From contig JAKALQ010000002.1 of NCBI GenBank assembly GCA_021824095.1, positions 935 to 64,934 on the forward strand: a stretch of 64,000 bases of DNA, in the 5' to 3' direction. The notes beneath the pieces were generated by a model. That model was not told the DNA's origin and searched no databases. It was given only the letters and a program-made list of their open reading frames with translations. Source of the stretch: Actinomycetes bacterium (GTDB taxonomy: Bacteria > Actinomycetota > Actinomycetes > S36-B12 > UBA5976). The translations under genes and the position numbers were made by a program. This document shows, piece after piece, positions 28,033 to 37,560 of the stretch (position 1 is its first letter; every line of letters starts with the position of its first letter).

Positions 28033-30021
28033 CTAGCCTGCCACCCCGCGGGCCGTGGATTCGGTGGTCTCAGACGCGCGTGTCGCGTCCTCCGTCGGCA
28101 TCGCATCCGACGCCTCGTCCACCTCGACGGCCGCGAGCTGCGTGGGCACGCTCGTCACCATGACGCCGGGCAGCAGGAGCAGGCGCATCTTGATGCGCAG
28201 CGCCGTCTGGTTGTGCAGGATCTGCTCCCACCAGTGGGTCACGACGTACTCGGGCACATAGACGGCAATCACGTCGCGTGGGCTCTGTCGATGGATGTTC
28301 TGCACGTAGTCGAGGATCGGCCTCGTCACCTCACGGTAGGGCGAGTCGACGATGACGAGCGGCACGGGGATGCCCTGTGACCGCCACTCCTCCATGAGCC
28401 GCTGCGAATCATGCGGATCCGTCTGCACGGTGAGGGCCACGATGGTCGAGGGGCGGGTGGCGCGCGCGAAGGCCAGCGCGTGCTGCGCCGGTTGGTGCAG
28501 CCGCGAGACAAGGACCACCGCATGCACGTTGCTGGGCAGGGTCTGACGACGGGTGGGTTGGAGCGCCGCGTCCACCTTCGTGTAGTGCCGCTTGATGCCG
28601 CGCATGAGGCTGAAGAAGGCGGGGATGGCGATGCACACGATCCAGGCACCGTGCTGGAACTTCGTGAACAGGACGACGATGAGCACGACGCCCGTCGCGA
28701 TCGCACCCACGAGGTTCAGCGCCCGCTTGCGCGCGATCGCCGAACCGGTGAGCGTGCTGTTCGGGTTCCGGCGCTCGTCGTTCCAGTGCTTCACCATGCC
28801 GAGCTGCGACAGGGTGAACGAGAGGAACACGCCAAGGATGTACAACTGGATGAGCCGGGACACGTCGGCCTGGAATGCGTACACGAGGAAGCCGGCGATG
28901 ATCGACAGCACGATGATGCCGTTGCTGAACGACAGCCGATCGCCGCGACGGGCGAACTGACGGGGCAGGAAGTCGTCCTTTGCCAGGATGCCGGCGAGGA
29001 TGGGGAATCCGTTGTAGGCGGTATTCGCCGCCATGAGGAGCACTGCCGCCGTGAAGATCTGGACGACGTAGAAGAGCAGGGTGCCGTTGCCGGAGATGGC
29101 GCTCCCGAGTTGCGCCAGCACCGTCTGCTGCACTGCGGATGCCGGCAGCCCGAGCGCCGCATTGTCGGGCGAGAGCTTCACCCCTGCACGCGTGGCAAGC
29201 AGCGCCGTGCCGCCGAACATGGTGATGGATAGCACGAGCATGAGCAGGAGCGTGGTGGCGGCATTCTTGGACTTCGGGGCACGGAAGTGCGGCACGGCGT
29301 TGCTGATGGCCTCGACGCCGGTGAGCGCTGTACAGCCGGAGGCGAAGGCACGGAGCAGGAGCACGGCACCTGTCAGGCCGCCGACCTGTTCGACGGTGTG
29401 GAATTGCATGTGCGCCGTCGGTGCAACGACTGGCTGGCCCGTGAGCACCTTGTACGCACCCCAGAGCACGAGCACGAGGATGCTTGCGATGAAGCCGTAG
29501 GTCGGCACCGCGAACGCGAAGCCAGATTCCCGCACACCGCGGAGGTTCATGATCGCGAGCAACGCGATGCAGGTGAGCGTGATGGGCACAGCGTGTTGGT
29601 CCACCGCCGGAAACGCGGAGGCGATGTTCGCGACGCCGGACGAGATCGAGACCGCCACCGTCATGATGTAGTCGATCATGAGGGCGCTCGCGGCAATGAG
29701 CGCCGGCGTCGTGCCGAGGTTGGCGCGTGAGACGGCGTACGCACCTCCACCGCTCGGGTAGGCATACGTCGTCTGCCGATAGGACATGACGATGATGATG
29801 ATGAGCGCGGCGACCGCACCGGCGACCCAAGGCGTGTGCGTGATCCAGGCGACGCCCCCGAGGCCGAGGACGAGCAGGATCTCGTCGGTGGCGTAGGCGA
29901 CCGACGAGAGCGGGTCACTGCAGAGGATCGGCAGCGCCATCCACTTCGGCATGAGCTGTTCGGCGGCGCGAGCATTCTCGATGGGCCGGCCGACCACGAA
30001 GCGCTTGAGCGTTCTGGGCAT
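28033..30021 (-). CDS. kimA: KimA-like K+ importer (APC superfamily permease with C-terminal cytoplasmic domain)
   Basis: N-terminus LKRFVVGRPIENARAAEQLMPKWMALPILCSDPLSSVAYATDEIL and SYRQTTYAYPSGGGAYAVSRANLG...DYIMTVAVSISSG closely track the B. subtilis KimA (YdaO) N-terminal region as I remember it. 662 aa with a soluble tail of about 200 aa. Confidence 0.7.
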   Translation of the reverse strand: MPRTLKRFVVGRPIENARAAEQLMPKWMALPILCSDPLSSVAYATDEILLVLGLGGVAWITHTPWVAGAVAALIIIIVMSYRQTTYAYPSGGGAYAVSRANLGTTPALIAASALMIDYIMTVAVSISSGVANIASAFPAVDQHAVPITLTCIALLAIMNLRGVRESGFAFAVPTYGFIASILVLVLWGAYKVLTGQPVVAPTAHMQFHTVEQVGGLTGAVLLLRAFASGCTALTGVEAISNAVPHFRAPKSKNAATTLLLMLVLSITMFGGTALLATRAGVKLSPDNAALGLPASAVQQTVLAQLGSAISGNGTLLFYVVQIFTAAVLLMAANTAYNGFPILAGILAKDDFLPRQFARRGDRLSFSNGIIVLSIIAGFLVYAFQADVSRLIQLYILGVFLSFTLSQLGMVKHWNDERRNPNSTLTGSAIARKRALNLVGAIATGVVLIVVLFTKFQHGAWIVCIAIPAFFSLMRGIKRHYTKVDAALQPTRRQTLPSNVHAVVLVSRLHQPAQHALAFARATRPSTIVALTVQTDPHDSQRLMEEWRSQGIPVPLVIVDSPYREVTRPILDYVQNIHRQSPRDVIAVYVPEYVVTHWWEQILHNQTALRIKMRLLLLPGVMVTSVPTQLAAVEVDEASDAMPTEDATRASETTESTARGVAG

Positions 30022-30152
30022 GGACCATTGATACCCCGTGCATGGACCCCGAGCACCGGGATTCCGCCGTTCTTATGCGATTTCGACCCCGCGACCTTGC
30101 GGCCTTACGAAATCTCTACACCCCGAGCAATCGCCGGACCGGGCGGTGCGCA

Positions 30153-30174
30153 GGCTGCCGTGCTCGCGGCAGCC
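30153..30174 (-). terminator. Stem-loop after the radical SAM gene (end of the heme operon)
   Basis: GGCTGCCG / CGGCAGCC, 8 bp with a 6-nt loop, 9 nt after the stop. Confidence 0.5.
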
Positions 30175-30182
30175 ACCGGCCG

Positions 30183-31286
30183 TCAGGCGCCGACTGGCTG
30201 GTAGGCGCAGGCGGAGTCCTCGCCGAGGATGTCGCCGGTCTCCGCCCAGGCCCGCGCCCGCGAACCGCCGCACAGGTCGGCGTACTCGCAGACGCCGCAC
30301 CGGCCGGAGAAGCGCGCCGCCCGGATGTCGCGCAGCACCTCGGTGTCGCGGTAGACCGTGGCCAGCGGCGTCTCCCGCACATTGCCGAGCCCCACGGGCA
30401 GGAAGCCAGCCGGGTACACCTCGCCGTCGTAGGCGATGAAGACGATGCCCTTGCCGTCCCGGGTGGCTGCGGTGTGCGCCGACGGGCGGTCACGCAGCGG
30501 CAGTCCCTTGGCGGCGAGGCCCTCGGACAGGCGCCGGTACAGCGCGGTGTCGGGCGCCGCACCACCGGCCCGTCGTTCGGCGACCACGCGGCGGAAGAAG
30601 GGACCCTCGACGGTGCGCACGATGAAGCCGTGGTGCGAGGCCTCCCACAGGAAGTGGCACACGTCCTCGTGCTCCTCCGGGGTGAGCGCGTTCGTCGCCA
30701 CACCACGGCCCACGTGGACGAGGAAGAACACCTCCCACACGTCGACACCGAGGTCGACGAGGATGCCGGCGATGTCGGGCATCTCCTCGACGTTGTCGCG
30801 CATGACGGTGGTGTTCACCTGCACTGTGATGCCGGCCGCCTTGAGCTTCGCGATGGCGTCGAGGGTCTTCGGGAAGTGCCCGGGGATGCCGCGCACGTTC
30901 TCGTGCGTCTCTGCCCGCGCGCCATCGAGCGAGATCGAGACCGCATTGATGCCACTGCTCGCAATGCGCGCGATGGCCTCGTCGGTGAGCATCGGGGTGA
31001 CGGACGGCGACAGGGCGACGGGGATGCCGTGGCCCTTGGCTCGCTCGACGAGCTCCCACAGGTCCTCGCGGAGCAGGCAGTCACCGCCCGTGAGCACGAG
31101 GATCGGGTAGGGGCGCCCGAAGCCGGCCACCTGGTCGACGAGGTCCATGCCCTCGTCGTGGGTGAGGGTGCCGGGCAGGGTGTTCGGGGTGGCACTGGCG
31201 CGGCAGTGGCGGCAGGCCAGCTGGCAGGCCCGCGTGGTCTCCCAGAACACCAGCATCGGCCGCTGGTCGTAGTTCACACCGCTCAT
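30183..31286 (-). CDS. Radical SAM / SPASM-domain protein (AhbD/NirJ-like architecture), function unproven
   Basis: CxxxCxxC motif CQLACRHC near the N-terminus. C-terminal Cys cluster RCGVCEYADLCGGSRARAW. ATG 31286 overlaps the hemY stop (ATGA). The track ORF extension to 31664 runs inside hemY. Confidence 0.8.
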   Translation of the reverse strand: MSGVNYDQRPMLVFWETTRACQLACRHCRASATPNTLPGTLTHDEGMDLVDQVAGFGRPYPILVLTGGDCLLREDLWELVERAKGHGIPVALSPSVTPMLTDEAIARIASSGINAVSISLDGARAETHENVRGIPGHFPKTLDAIAKLKAAGITVQVNTTVMRDNVEEMPDIAGILVDLGVDVWEVFFLVHVGRGVATNALTPEEHEDVCHFLWEASHHGFIVRTVEGPFFRRVVAERRAGGAAPDTALYRRLSEGLAAKGLPLRDRPSAHTAATRDGKGIVFIAYDGEVYPAGFLPVGLGNVRETPLATVYRDTEVLRDIRAARFSGRCGVCEYADLCGGSRARAWAETGDILGEDSACAYQPVGA

Positions 31287-32704
31287 GCCCCGATTCCAAT
31301 CTGTGTTGCGACGGCCTGCGCCTTCGTGAGGCAGGACGCGACTCCGATGCCCCGGTACCCGGCGCCGGTGAGGTGCAGGCCGGGATGCTGGGCGAGACGG
31401 GCGTCGATGCGCGCGAGGCGCTCGGCGTGGCCCACCGTGTACTGCGGCATGGCCTCGGGCCACCGCTGCACGCGCGCGTGCAGCGCCGGCGCGGTGATGC
31501 CCATGGCGAGCACCAGCTCGTCGTGGACGCGACGCACGATCTCGTCGTCCGGCATCGTGACCCAGCGCTCGTCGCCATGCCGTCCGATCGAGGCGCGGAT
31601 GAAGGTGAGGTCGGCGCCGGCCGGCTCGCCCTCGCCCGTGGGCGTGAGCACCGCGCGTCCCCACTTCTCGTCCATCCAGGTGCAGCCGACGATGAAGCGG
31701 CCGTCGACCGCGGGCACGAGGAAGCCGGTGCCCTGCCGATGGGCGGGGATCGCCGACGCAGGGTAGGCGAAGGTGACGTTCGCGACGCTCGCGTAGGGGA
31801 TCGCGGCCAGGGCGTCGGCAAGGTCGGCGTCGAGTTTGCGCAGCATCGCGGCAGCCGCATGTGCCGGCGCGGCGACCACCACCTCGTCAGCCGTGAACTT
31901 GCGGCCGTCGGCGGTGCGCACACGCCAGCGGCCGTTGTCCTTGCGCTTGATGCGCACCACCTCGGCGCCGTACTCGACGTCGGCACGCATGCCCTGCCGG
32001 AGCGCGGTGATGATGCGGCCCATGCCGCCGGGGAAGTTGATGAGGCTCGGCGCGGGTACACCCGTGGCCTTGGGGCGCTGCGCCTCGCGAGCGCGCATGG
32101 TGCGGTAGACGCTGCGCGCGGGCGCGAGGATGGACGCCACCTCGGGCACCGCGCTGCGCGCGCTCAGCACGTCGGCCCGACCCGCGTAGATGCCGCCGAG
32201 GAGCGGGTCGACGAGGCGGTCGAACACCTCACCGCCGATGCGCGGACGCAGCAGTTCGCCGACCGTGGGGTCGGCGGCGCGCACGCGGGTGCGCGGCAGC
32301 ACGAGGTCGGCTGCCGCACGCAGGAGTCCAGGCCAGCTGATGAGGCCGGATGCGATGAGGGGGCGCAGGCGCTCGGGCACACCGAAGAGCGTGGCCGGGG
32401 GCAGCACACGCAGACTGCCGCGCGTCCACACGAAGGAACCACGCGCCGCAGGAGCCGTGATCTCGGACGTGAGGCCGAGGTCGTCCAGCAGCGCGCGCAC
32501 CGCGGGGTCGCGGACGAGCAGGGCGTCGGGGCCCGCGTCGATGGTGCGGCCGGCGATGTCATTCGCGGCGATCTTGCCGCCGAGGCAGTCACCCGCCTCG
32601 AGGAGCGTGATGCGGGGCGCATCGGCCCGGCGTGACAGGGCGTGGGCGACAGTGAGCCCGGACACCCCGCCACCGATGACGATGACCTCGTGCTCGGCCA
32701 TCAC
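31283..32704 (-). CDS. hemY: Coproporphyrinogen III oxidase, FAD-dependent (CgoX, formerly HemY/protoporphyrinogen oxidase)
   Basis: N-terminal FAD fold [17 protein letters not shown] and a HemY-family sequence. The start (GTG 32704 or ATG 32701) overlaps the hemL stop. Confidence 0.85.
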   Translation of the reverse strand: MMAEHEVIVIGGGVSGLTVAHALSRRADAPRITLLEAGDCLGGKIAANDIAGRTIDAGPDALLVRDPAVRALLDDLGLTSEITAPAARGSFVWTRGSLRVLPPATLFGVPERLRPLIASGLISWPGLLRAAADLVLPRTRVRAADPTVGELLRPRIGGEVFDRLVDPLLGGIYAGRADVLSARSAVPEVASILAPARSVYRTMRAREAQRPKATGVPAPSLINFPGGMGRIITALRQGMRADVEYGAEVVRIKRKDNGRWRVRTADGRKFTADEVVVAAPAHAAAAMLRKLDADLADALAAIPYASVANVTFAYPASAIPAHRQGTGFLVPAVDGRFIVGCTWMDEKWGRAVLTPTGEGEPAGADLTFIRASIGRHGDERWVTMPDDEIVRRVHDELVLAMGITAPALHARVQRWPEAMPQYTVGHAERLARIDARLAQHPGLHLTGAGYRGIGVASCLTKAQAVATQIGIGA

Positions 32705-34014
32705 GCACCCGCCGCCGCGCGCGCGGCCGCCGGCAGCGCGTCGGCGAAGCGCTGCATGGCCTCGTCGTCGTGGGTGGAGGAGACGAACCAGGCCTCGTAG
32801 GCCGACGGCGGCACGCTCACCCCATGCTCGAGGAGGGCGTGGAAGAAGCGACCGAATGCGGCCGTGTCCTGGCGCTGCGCGATGTCGAAGTCGGTGACGG
32901 CCTCGTCGAGGAAGAAGCAGGAGAAGAGGTTGCCGACATGCTGCACCCGGTGTGGCACCCCCTCGATGGAGAGGGCCTCGTCGATGAGCGTCATGGCCGA
33001 TGCCGCCGCCCGATCGCAGGCCTCGTACACCGCGTCATCGCACGCGAGCAGCGTCGTGAGCCCGGCAGTGGCGGCCACCGGATTACCGCTCAAGGTGCCT
33101 GCCTGGTACACGGGCCCGAGTGGGGCGAGCAACGACATGACCTCGCGACGACCGCCCACGGCCGCGAGCGGGTAGCCACCACCGATGACCTTGCCGAAGG
33201 TGACGAGGTCGGGCGTCCACGCGGGCTTGGCGAGCCCGTACCAGCCGGCACGCGAGAGCCGGAACCCGGTCATGACCTCGTCGATGATGAGCAGGGCGCC
33301 GTGGCGCGTGGTGACGTCACGCAGGAAGCCGTTGAAGTCGTCGATCGGCAGGATGACGCCCGCGTTCGCGGGCACCGCCTCGACGATGATGGCGGCGATC
33401 TCGTGGCCGCGGCTGGCGAAGAGGGCCTCGATGGCCTCGCGGTCGTTGTAGCGCACGACAACGGTGTCCTGCGCGGCACCGGGCGTGACACCGGGCGAGT
33501 TCGGCAGGCCGAGCGTGGCCACGCCGGAGCCGGCGGCGACGAGCAGCGCGTCGCTGTGCCCGTGGTAGTTGCCGGCGAACTTCACGATGACGTTGCGCGC
33601 CGTGGCAGCCCGGGCGAGGCGCACGGCCGTCATGACCGCCTCGGTACCCGAGGAGACGAAGCGCACCATCTCGGCGGCGTCGTAGCGACGCACGATCTCC
33701 TCGGCGAGCAGCACCTCGGCCGGGTTCGGTGCGCCGAAGGACGAGGACTCGCGCATCACCTGCTCCACGGCCTCGGTGACGCGGGCATCGGCGTGCCCGA
33801 GGAGCATGGGACCCCACGAGAGCACGAAGTCGACGTACGCATTGCCGTCGACGTCGCGCACGTAGGGGCCATGCCCGGAGACGAGGTAGCGCGGTTGCCC
33901 ACCGACGGCGCGGAAGGCGCGCACGGGTGAGCTCACCCCACCGGGGATGACCGCCTCGGCACGTTCCTGCCAGGCCCGCGAACCGTCGATGCCCACTACT
34001 GCTCCCTCAGCCAT
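32701..34014 (-). CDS. hemL: Glutamate-1-semialdehyde 2,1-aminomutase
   Basis: GSAM sequence ([14 protein letters not shown]..., PLP-lysine region TFGKVIGGG). GAGGTGG lies 5 nt upstream of the ATG. Confidence 0.92.
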   Translation of the reverse strand: MAEGAVVGIDGSRAWQERAEAVIPGGVSSPVRAFRAVGGQPRYLVSGHGPYVRDVDGNAYVDFVLSWGPMLLGHADARVTEAVEQVMRESSSFGAPNPAEVLLAEEIVRRYDAAEMVRFVSSGTEAVMTAVRLARAATARNVIVKFAGNYHGHSDALLVAAGSGVATLGLPNSPGVTPGAAQDTVVVRYNDREAIEALFASRGHEIAAIIVEAVPANAGVILPIDDFNGFLRDVTTRHGALLIIDEVMTGFRLSRAGWYGLAKPAWTPDLVTFGKVIGGGYPLAAVGGRREVMSLLAPLGPVYQAGTLSGNPVAATAGLTTLLACDDAVYEACDRAAASAMTLIDEALSIEGVPHRVQHVGNLFSCFFLDEAVTDFDIAQRQDTAAFGRFFHALLEHGVSVPPSAYEAWFVSSTHDDEAMQRFADALPAAARAAAGA

Positions 34015-34964
34015 GCCGCCACCTCGGCGGCCCAGTACGTGCAGATGATGTCGGCGCCGGCACGTCGCACGGACGTGAGCGCCTCGAGGATGGCGGCGCG
34101 ACGGTTGATCCAGCCCTGCGCGGCAGCGGCCTCGATCATCGCGTACTCCCCCGACACCACGTAGGCAGCGACGGGGACGTCGGCCGTGGCCCGGGTGTCG
34201 GCGATCACGTCAAGGTAGGGCAGGGCGGGCTTCACCATGACGATGTCCGCGCCCTCCTCGAGGTCGAGGCGCACCTCGCGCGCGGACTCGCGACGGTTCG
34301 CGGGGTCCTGCTGGTAGGTGCGACGGTCGCCCTCAAGGCGGCTCTGCACGGCTTCACGGAAGGGCCCGTAGAACGCGGACGCGTACTTCGCGGAGTAGGC
34401 GAGGATGACGACGTCCGCGAAGCCGGCCTCGTCGAGCGCCTCGCGCACGGCGCCGACCTGCCCGTCCATCATGCCGCTCAGGCCCATCATGTCGGCGCCC
34501 GCCTGCGCGCACACGACCGCCATGTCGGCGTAGTGGGCGAGCGTGGCGTCGTTGTCGACGCGACCGTCCTCGGTGAGCACGCCGCAGTGGCCGTGCGAGG
34601 TGAACTCGTCGAGGCACACGTCGGCGCACACGATGAAGTCGGGGCCGACCGCGTCGCGCACGGCACGGATGCCGCGGGCGAGGATGCTCGTCGGCTGGCA
34701 GGCCTCGGAGCCGGTGGCGTCGCGCTCCTCGGGCACGCCGAAGAGCATGACGCCGGCGACACCGAGATCCTTGGCCTCGCGCGCGGCCGCGACGAGGGAG
34801 GCGAACGAGTGCTGCACCACGCCGGGCATCGACGTGATCGGGGCGGGCTCGTCGATGTCACGCACGAACATCGGCAGGATCATGCTGTCGGCGCGCAGGT
34901 GGTGCTCGCGCACGAGGGCGCGCATGGCCGCGTTCTGCCGCAGCCGTCGGGGACGTTCGATCAT
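33996..34964 (-). CDS. hemB: Porphobilinogen synthase (delta-aminolevulinate dehydratase)
   Basis: [20 protein letters not shown]... is a typical PBGS N-terminus. ATGA overlap with the hemD stop. Confidence 0.92.
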   Translation of the reverse strand: MIERPRRLRQNAAMRALVREHHLRADSMILPMFVRDIDEPAPITSMPGVVQHSFASLVAAAREAKDLGVAGVMLFGVPEERDATGSEACQPTSILARGIRAVRDAVGPDFIVCADVCLDEFTSHGHCGVLTEDGRVDNDATLAHYADMAVVCAQAGADMMGLSGMMDGQVGAVREALDEAGFADVVILAYSAKYASAFYGPFREAVQSRLEGDRRTYQQDPANRRESAREVRLDLEEGADIVMVKPALPYLDVIADTRATADVPVAAYVVSGEYAMIEAAAAQGWINRRAAILEALTSVRRAGADIICTYWAAEVAAWLREQ

Positions 34965-35692
34965 GCGGTGCTGCCCTCCAGGGTGCGCAGGGTGGTGGCC
35001 ACCACAGTGGCCGAATCCGGTTGTGCCGCAATGGCCGAGACCGGGATGCCGAGTTCGCGCAGCACGAGTGCGGTGGAGCGCCCGGCGGCGACGACGCGGG
35101 TGAGTGCGGGCCAGTCGGGCACGAAACGTGCGAGCGCGCGCGCCGCCGAGCCCGAGCGCACGATCACGGCGTCGAAGCCTCCGGCACGCAGCACCGGCAC
35201 GGAGGCCGGCGCCTCCGGCACCGTGCTGGTGGCATAGAGCACGGCATCATGCACGGTGATGCCAAGGGCCCGCAGGTCGTCGACGAGCGACGACGGCGCG
35301 GCACTGCTGCGCGGGATGACGATGGCAGCGGGGAGCTCACGCGCGAGCAGGCGAGTGAGGGCGACGTTGTTGGCGCCGTCCTCTGGCATGCGCACATCGG
35401 GGAAGCCGGCCTGGCGGCAGGCATTGGCGCTCGTCGTGCCGATGGCGTACACCCGCGTGCCGCGATCGACATCGGTGTGGTCGATGAGGGCGCGCAGGGC
35501 CCGCGCCGACGTGATGACAAGCGCCGCATCCGGCAGCAGCGCGGCAAGGCGACGTCGCGCTGCCATGGTGGCCTCGTCGAGCAGGGGGATGATCTCGACG
35601 TAGGGGTCGGCCACAGGCGACACCCCATGGCGCTCGAGCAGGGTGGCGTCGGCGTCGGTGCCCGCGGGCCGCGGCAGCAGCACGGTGGTCAT
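34961..35692 (-). CDS. hemD: Uroporphyrinogen-III synthase
   Basis: 243-aa HEM4-like ORF between hemC and hemB. ATGA overlaps at both ends. Confidence 0.8.
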   Translation of the reverse strand: MTTVLLPRPAGTDADATLLERHGVSPVADPYVEIIPLLDEATMAARRRLAALLPDAALVITSARALRALIDHTDVDRGTRVYAIGTTSANACRQAGFPDVRMPEDGANNVALTRLLARELPAAIVIPRSSAAPSSLVDDLRALGITVHDAVLYATSTVPEAPASVPVLRAGGFDAVIVRSGSAARALARFVPDWPALTRVVAAGRSTALVLRELGIPVSAIAAQPDSATVVATTLRTLEGSTA

Positions 35693-36594
35693 CGCCGCTC
35701 CACGAACGCAGCGGCGCCCTCGTCGAGCAGGGCGCGGGCCACGAGCACTCCGAGGGCATCGGCGGCATCGGCGTCGGAGACGGGCGCCGAGCGCTCGATG
35801 AGGATGCGTGCCCCTGCGGTCGGGTCGGTGACGTCGGCGCGCAGGGTGAGCGTGCCGTCGCCGAGCACGGCACTGGCACCCGCGGCGGTGGCGCAGGAGG
35901 CGCCAAGCTCGCGCAGCACCGCGCGCTCGGCCGTGGCCGTGATGCGCGCCTGGGCGTCGTCGAGCGCGGCGAGCGCGATGCGCACGGCATCGTCATCGGC
36001 ACGGCACTCGACACCGAGCGCGCCCTGGGCGGGAGCGGGGATGAGGTCGTGCGGGTCGATGGGATGCATGGCGTCGGTGAGGAGCCCCAGGCGCGCAAGC
36101 CCCGCGAGGGCGAGCAGGGTGGCGTCGTAGTCGCCGCGTGCGACCTTCGCGAGCCGCGTGTCGACGTTGCCGCGGATGGGTTCGACGCGCAGGTCGGGTC
36201 GGCGGCGATGCACCCACGCCGCGCGACGCGGCGACGAGGTGCCAACGAGCGCCCCCGGCGGGAGGTCGTCGATGCCCATGCCATCGCGGCCGACGAGGAC
36301 GTCGCGCACGTCCACGCGCTCGGGCACGGCCGCAAGCGTGAAGCGCCCGTCCGGCTCGGTGGGGACATCCTTGAGCGAGTGCACGATGAGGTCGACGCGA
36401 CCGTCGAGCAGCGCCGTGCGCAGGGTGTTCACGAACAGGCCCGCACTGCCGTGACCGGTGAGGGCGATGCGCTGGTTGTCGCCGGCCGTCGTGATGCCGA
36501 CGATGTCGGTGACGGCCGGTGCGAGCAGCCCGGCGACGAGGCGCGTCTGGTACAGCGCGAGCGCGCTCTCACGGGTGCCGATGCGCATGCTCAT
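35689..36594 (-). CDS. hemC: Hydroxymethylbilane synthase (porphobilinogen deaminase)
   Basis: IGTRESALALYQT..., SLKDVPT and GNVDTRL motifs. Confidence 0.92.
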   Translation of the reverse strand: MSMRIGTRESALALYQTRLVAGLLAPAVTDIVGITTAGDNQRIALTGHGSAGLFVNTLRTALLDGRVDLIVHSLKDVPTEPDGRFTLAAVPERVDVRDVLVGRDGMGIDDLPPGALVGTSSPRRAAWVHRRRPDLRVEPIRGNVDTRLAKVARGDYDATLLALAGLARLGLLTDAMHPIDPHDLIPAPAQGALGVECRADDDAVRIALAALDDAQARITATAERAVLRELGASCATAAGASAVLGDGTLTLRADVTDPTAGARILIERSAPVSDADAADALGVLVARALLDEGAAAFVERR

Positions 36595-37559
36595 GACGCG
36601 GCGGCCTCCGACGAGACCTCCATGCGGTGGGCCAGGAGCTCGGCGCGCATGCGCACGTACTTCTCATGCGTCTCGGAGGCGGAACTCGGCCGGTTGCGGG
36701 CCAGGTGCTCAAGGCGTACGACGGTGTGCTCGGCATCGATGGCCGGGTCGATGTCCTGCGTCACCGCGAGATCGACGAGCACCGGCACACGGGCTCCCGT
36801 CGCCACGAGTTCGTCGACCATGGCCTTCGTGATGACCGGTTCGGTGGCGCCTGTGGCGGCGATGACGATGTCGACCTCGCCGAGCGTGCGCACGAGGTCC
36901 TGCGGCTCCACGCGGTGCGACGGGAAGGGCAGCGTGATGCGGCGGCCCGAGGTGGAGTAGTTCCAGTGCTCGAGGACGCCGAACTGGTGCATGCGCTGGT
37001 GCACGATGCTCGCGAACTCGCCCGTGCCGATGACGAGCACGCGCTCGAGTCGATCGGCATCCGGGATGAGGTCGAGCGACAGGGCGACGAGGTTGGTGTC
37101 GCGATGCGGTTCGAGGCGCCGCAGGTCGCGGTTCACGCGCAGGGCATCGTCGAATGCGCGGCGCAGGCGCGGGGAGATGCGGCCCTGCTGGATCGATGTC
37201 GTGTAGGCCTTGCGGACCTGGCCGCCCACCTCGGACTCGCCGACGGCGATGGACTCGAGGCCCGACGTCATGCGATGCAGGTGCTCGATGGCGTCGACGC
37301 CCGTGGCGACGAAGAGCTGCTCGAAGAGCTCGGCCTCCGGCACATCGAGCACCTCGGAGAAGATCTCGATGACCCGCGCGAGCGTGGGTGCGTCCGCGGC
37401 ACCATCACCGTAGATCTCGATGCGGTTGCAGGTCGCGATGGTGACGACCGGCTGGTCGCCATCCGCGTGGATGCGCGCCTCGACCTCCGGCACCCGTTCC
37501 GAGAGTCGCGCGAGCGTCTCCCAGGACGACACCTTGTGGTTTGCGCTCACCACGTACAC
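36591..37559 (-). CDS. hemA: Glutamyl-tRNA reductase (unusually short, about 322 aa)
   Basis: Catalytic TCNRIEIY motif and NADPH site VLVIGTGEFASIV. GTG 37559 lies 2 nt after the hemH stop. The track extension to 37781 overlaps hemH. Confidence 0.8.
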   Translation of the reverse strand: MYVVSANHKVSSWETLARLSERVPEVEARIHADGDQPVVTIATCNRIEIYGDGAADAPTLARVIEIFSEVLDVPEAELFEQLFVATGVDAIEHLHRMTSGLESIAVGESEVGGQVRKAYTTSIQQGRISPRLRRAFDDALRVNRDLRRLEPHRDTNLVALSLDLIPDADRLERVLVIGTGEFASIVHQRMHQFGVLEHWNYSTSGRRITLPFPSHRVEPQDLVRTLGEVDIVIAATGATEPVITKAMVDELVATGARVPVLVDLAVTQDIDPAIDAEHTVVRLEHLARNRPSSASETHEKYVRMRAELLAHRMEVSSEAAAS

Positions 37560-37560
37560 G

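Noticed and set aside
30022-30152. Complete ydaO-type c-di-AMP riboswitch upstream of the kimA-like gene
   Set aside because: Only fragments reminiscent of the motif are present, and they are in the wrong order. The highly conserved 3' segment (CCCGNACCCGNCAGCUNAC-like, from memory) is absent, and the region is shorter than a full ydaO element. It is kept only as a generic structured-leader candidate.
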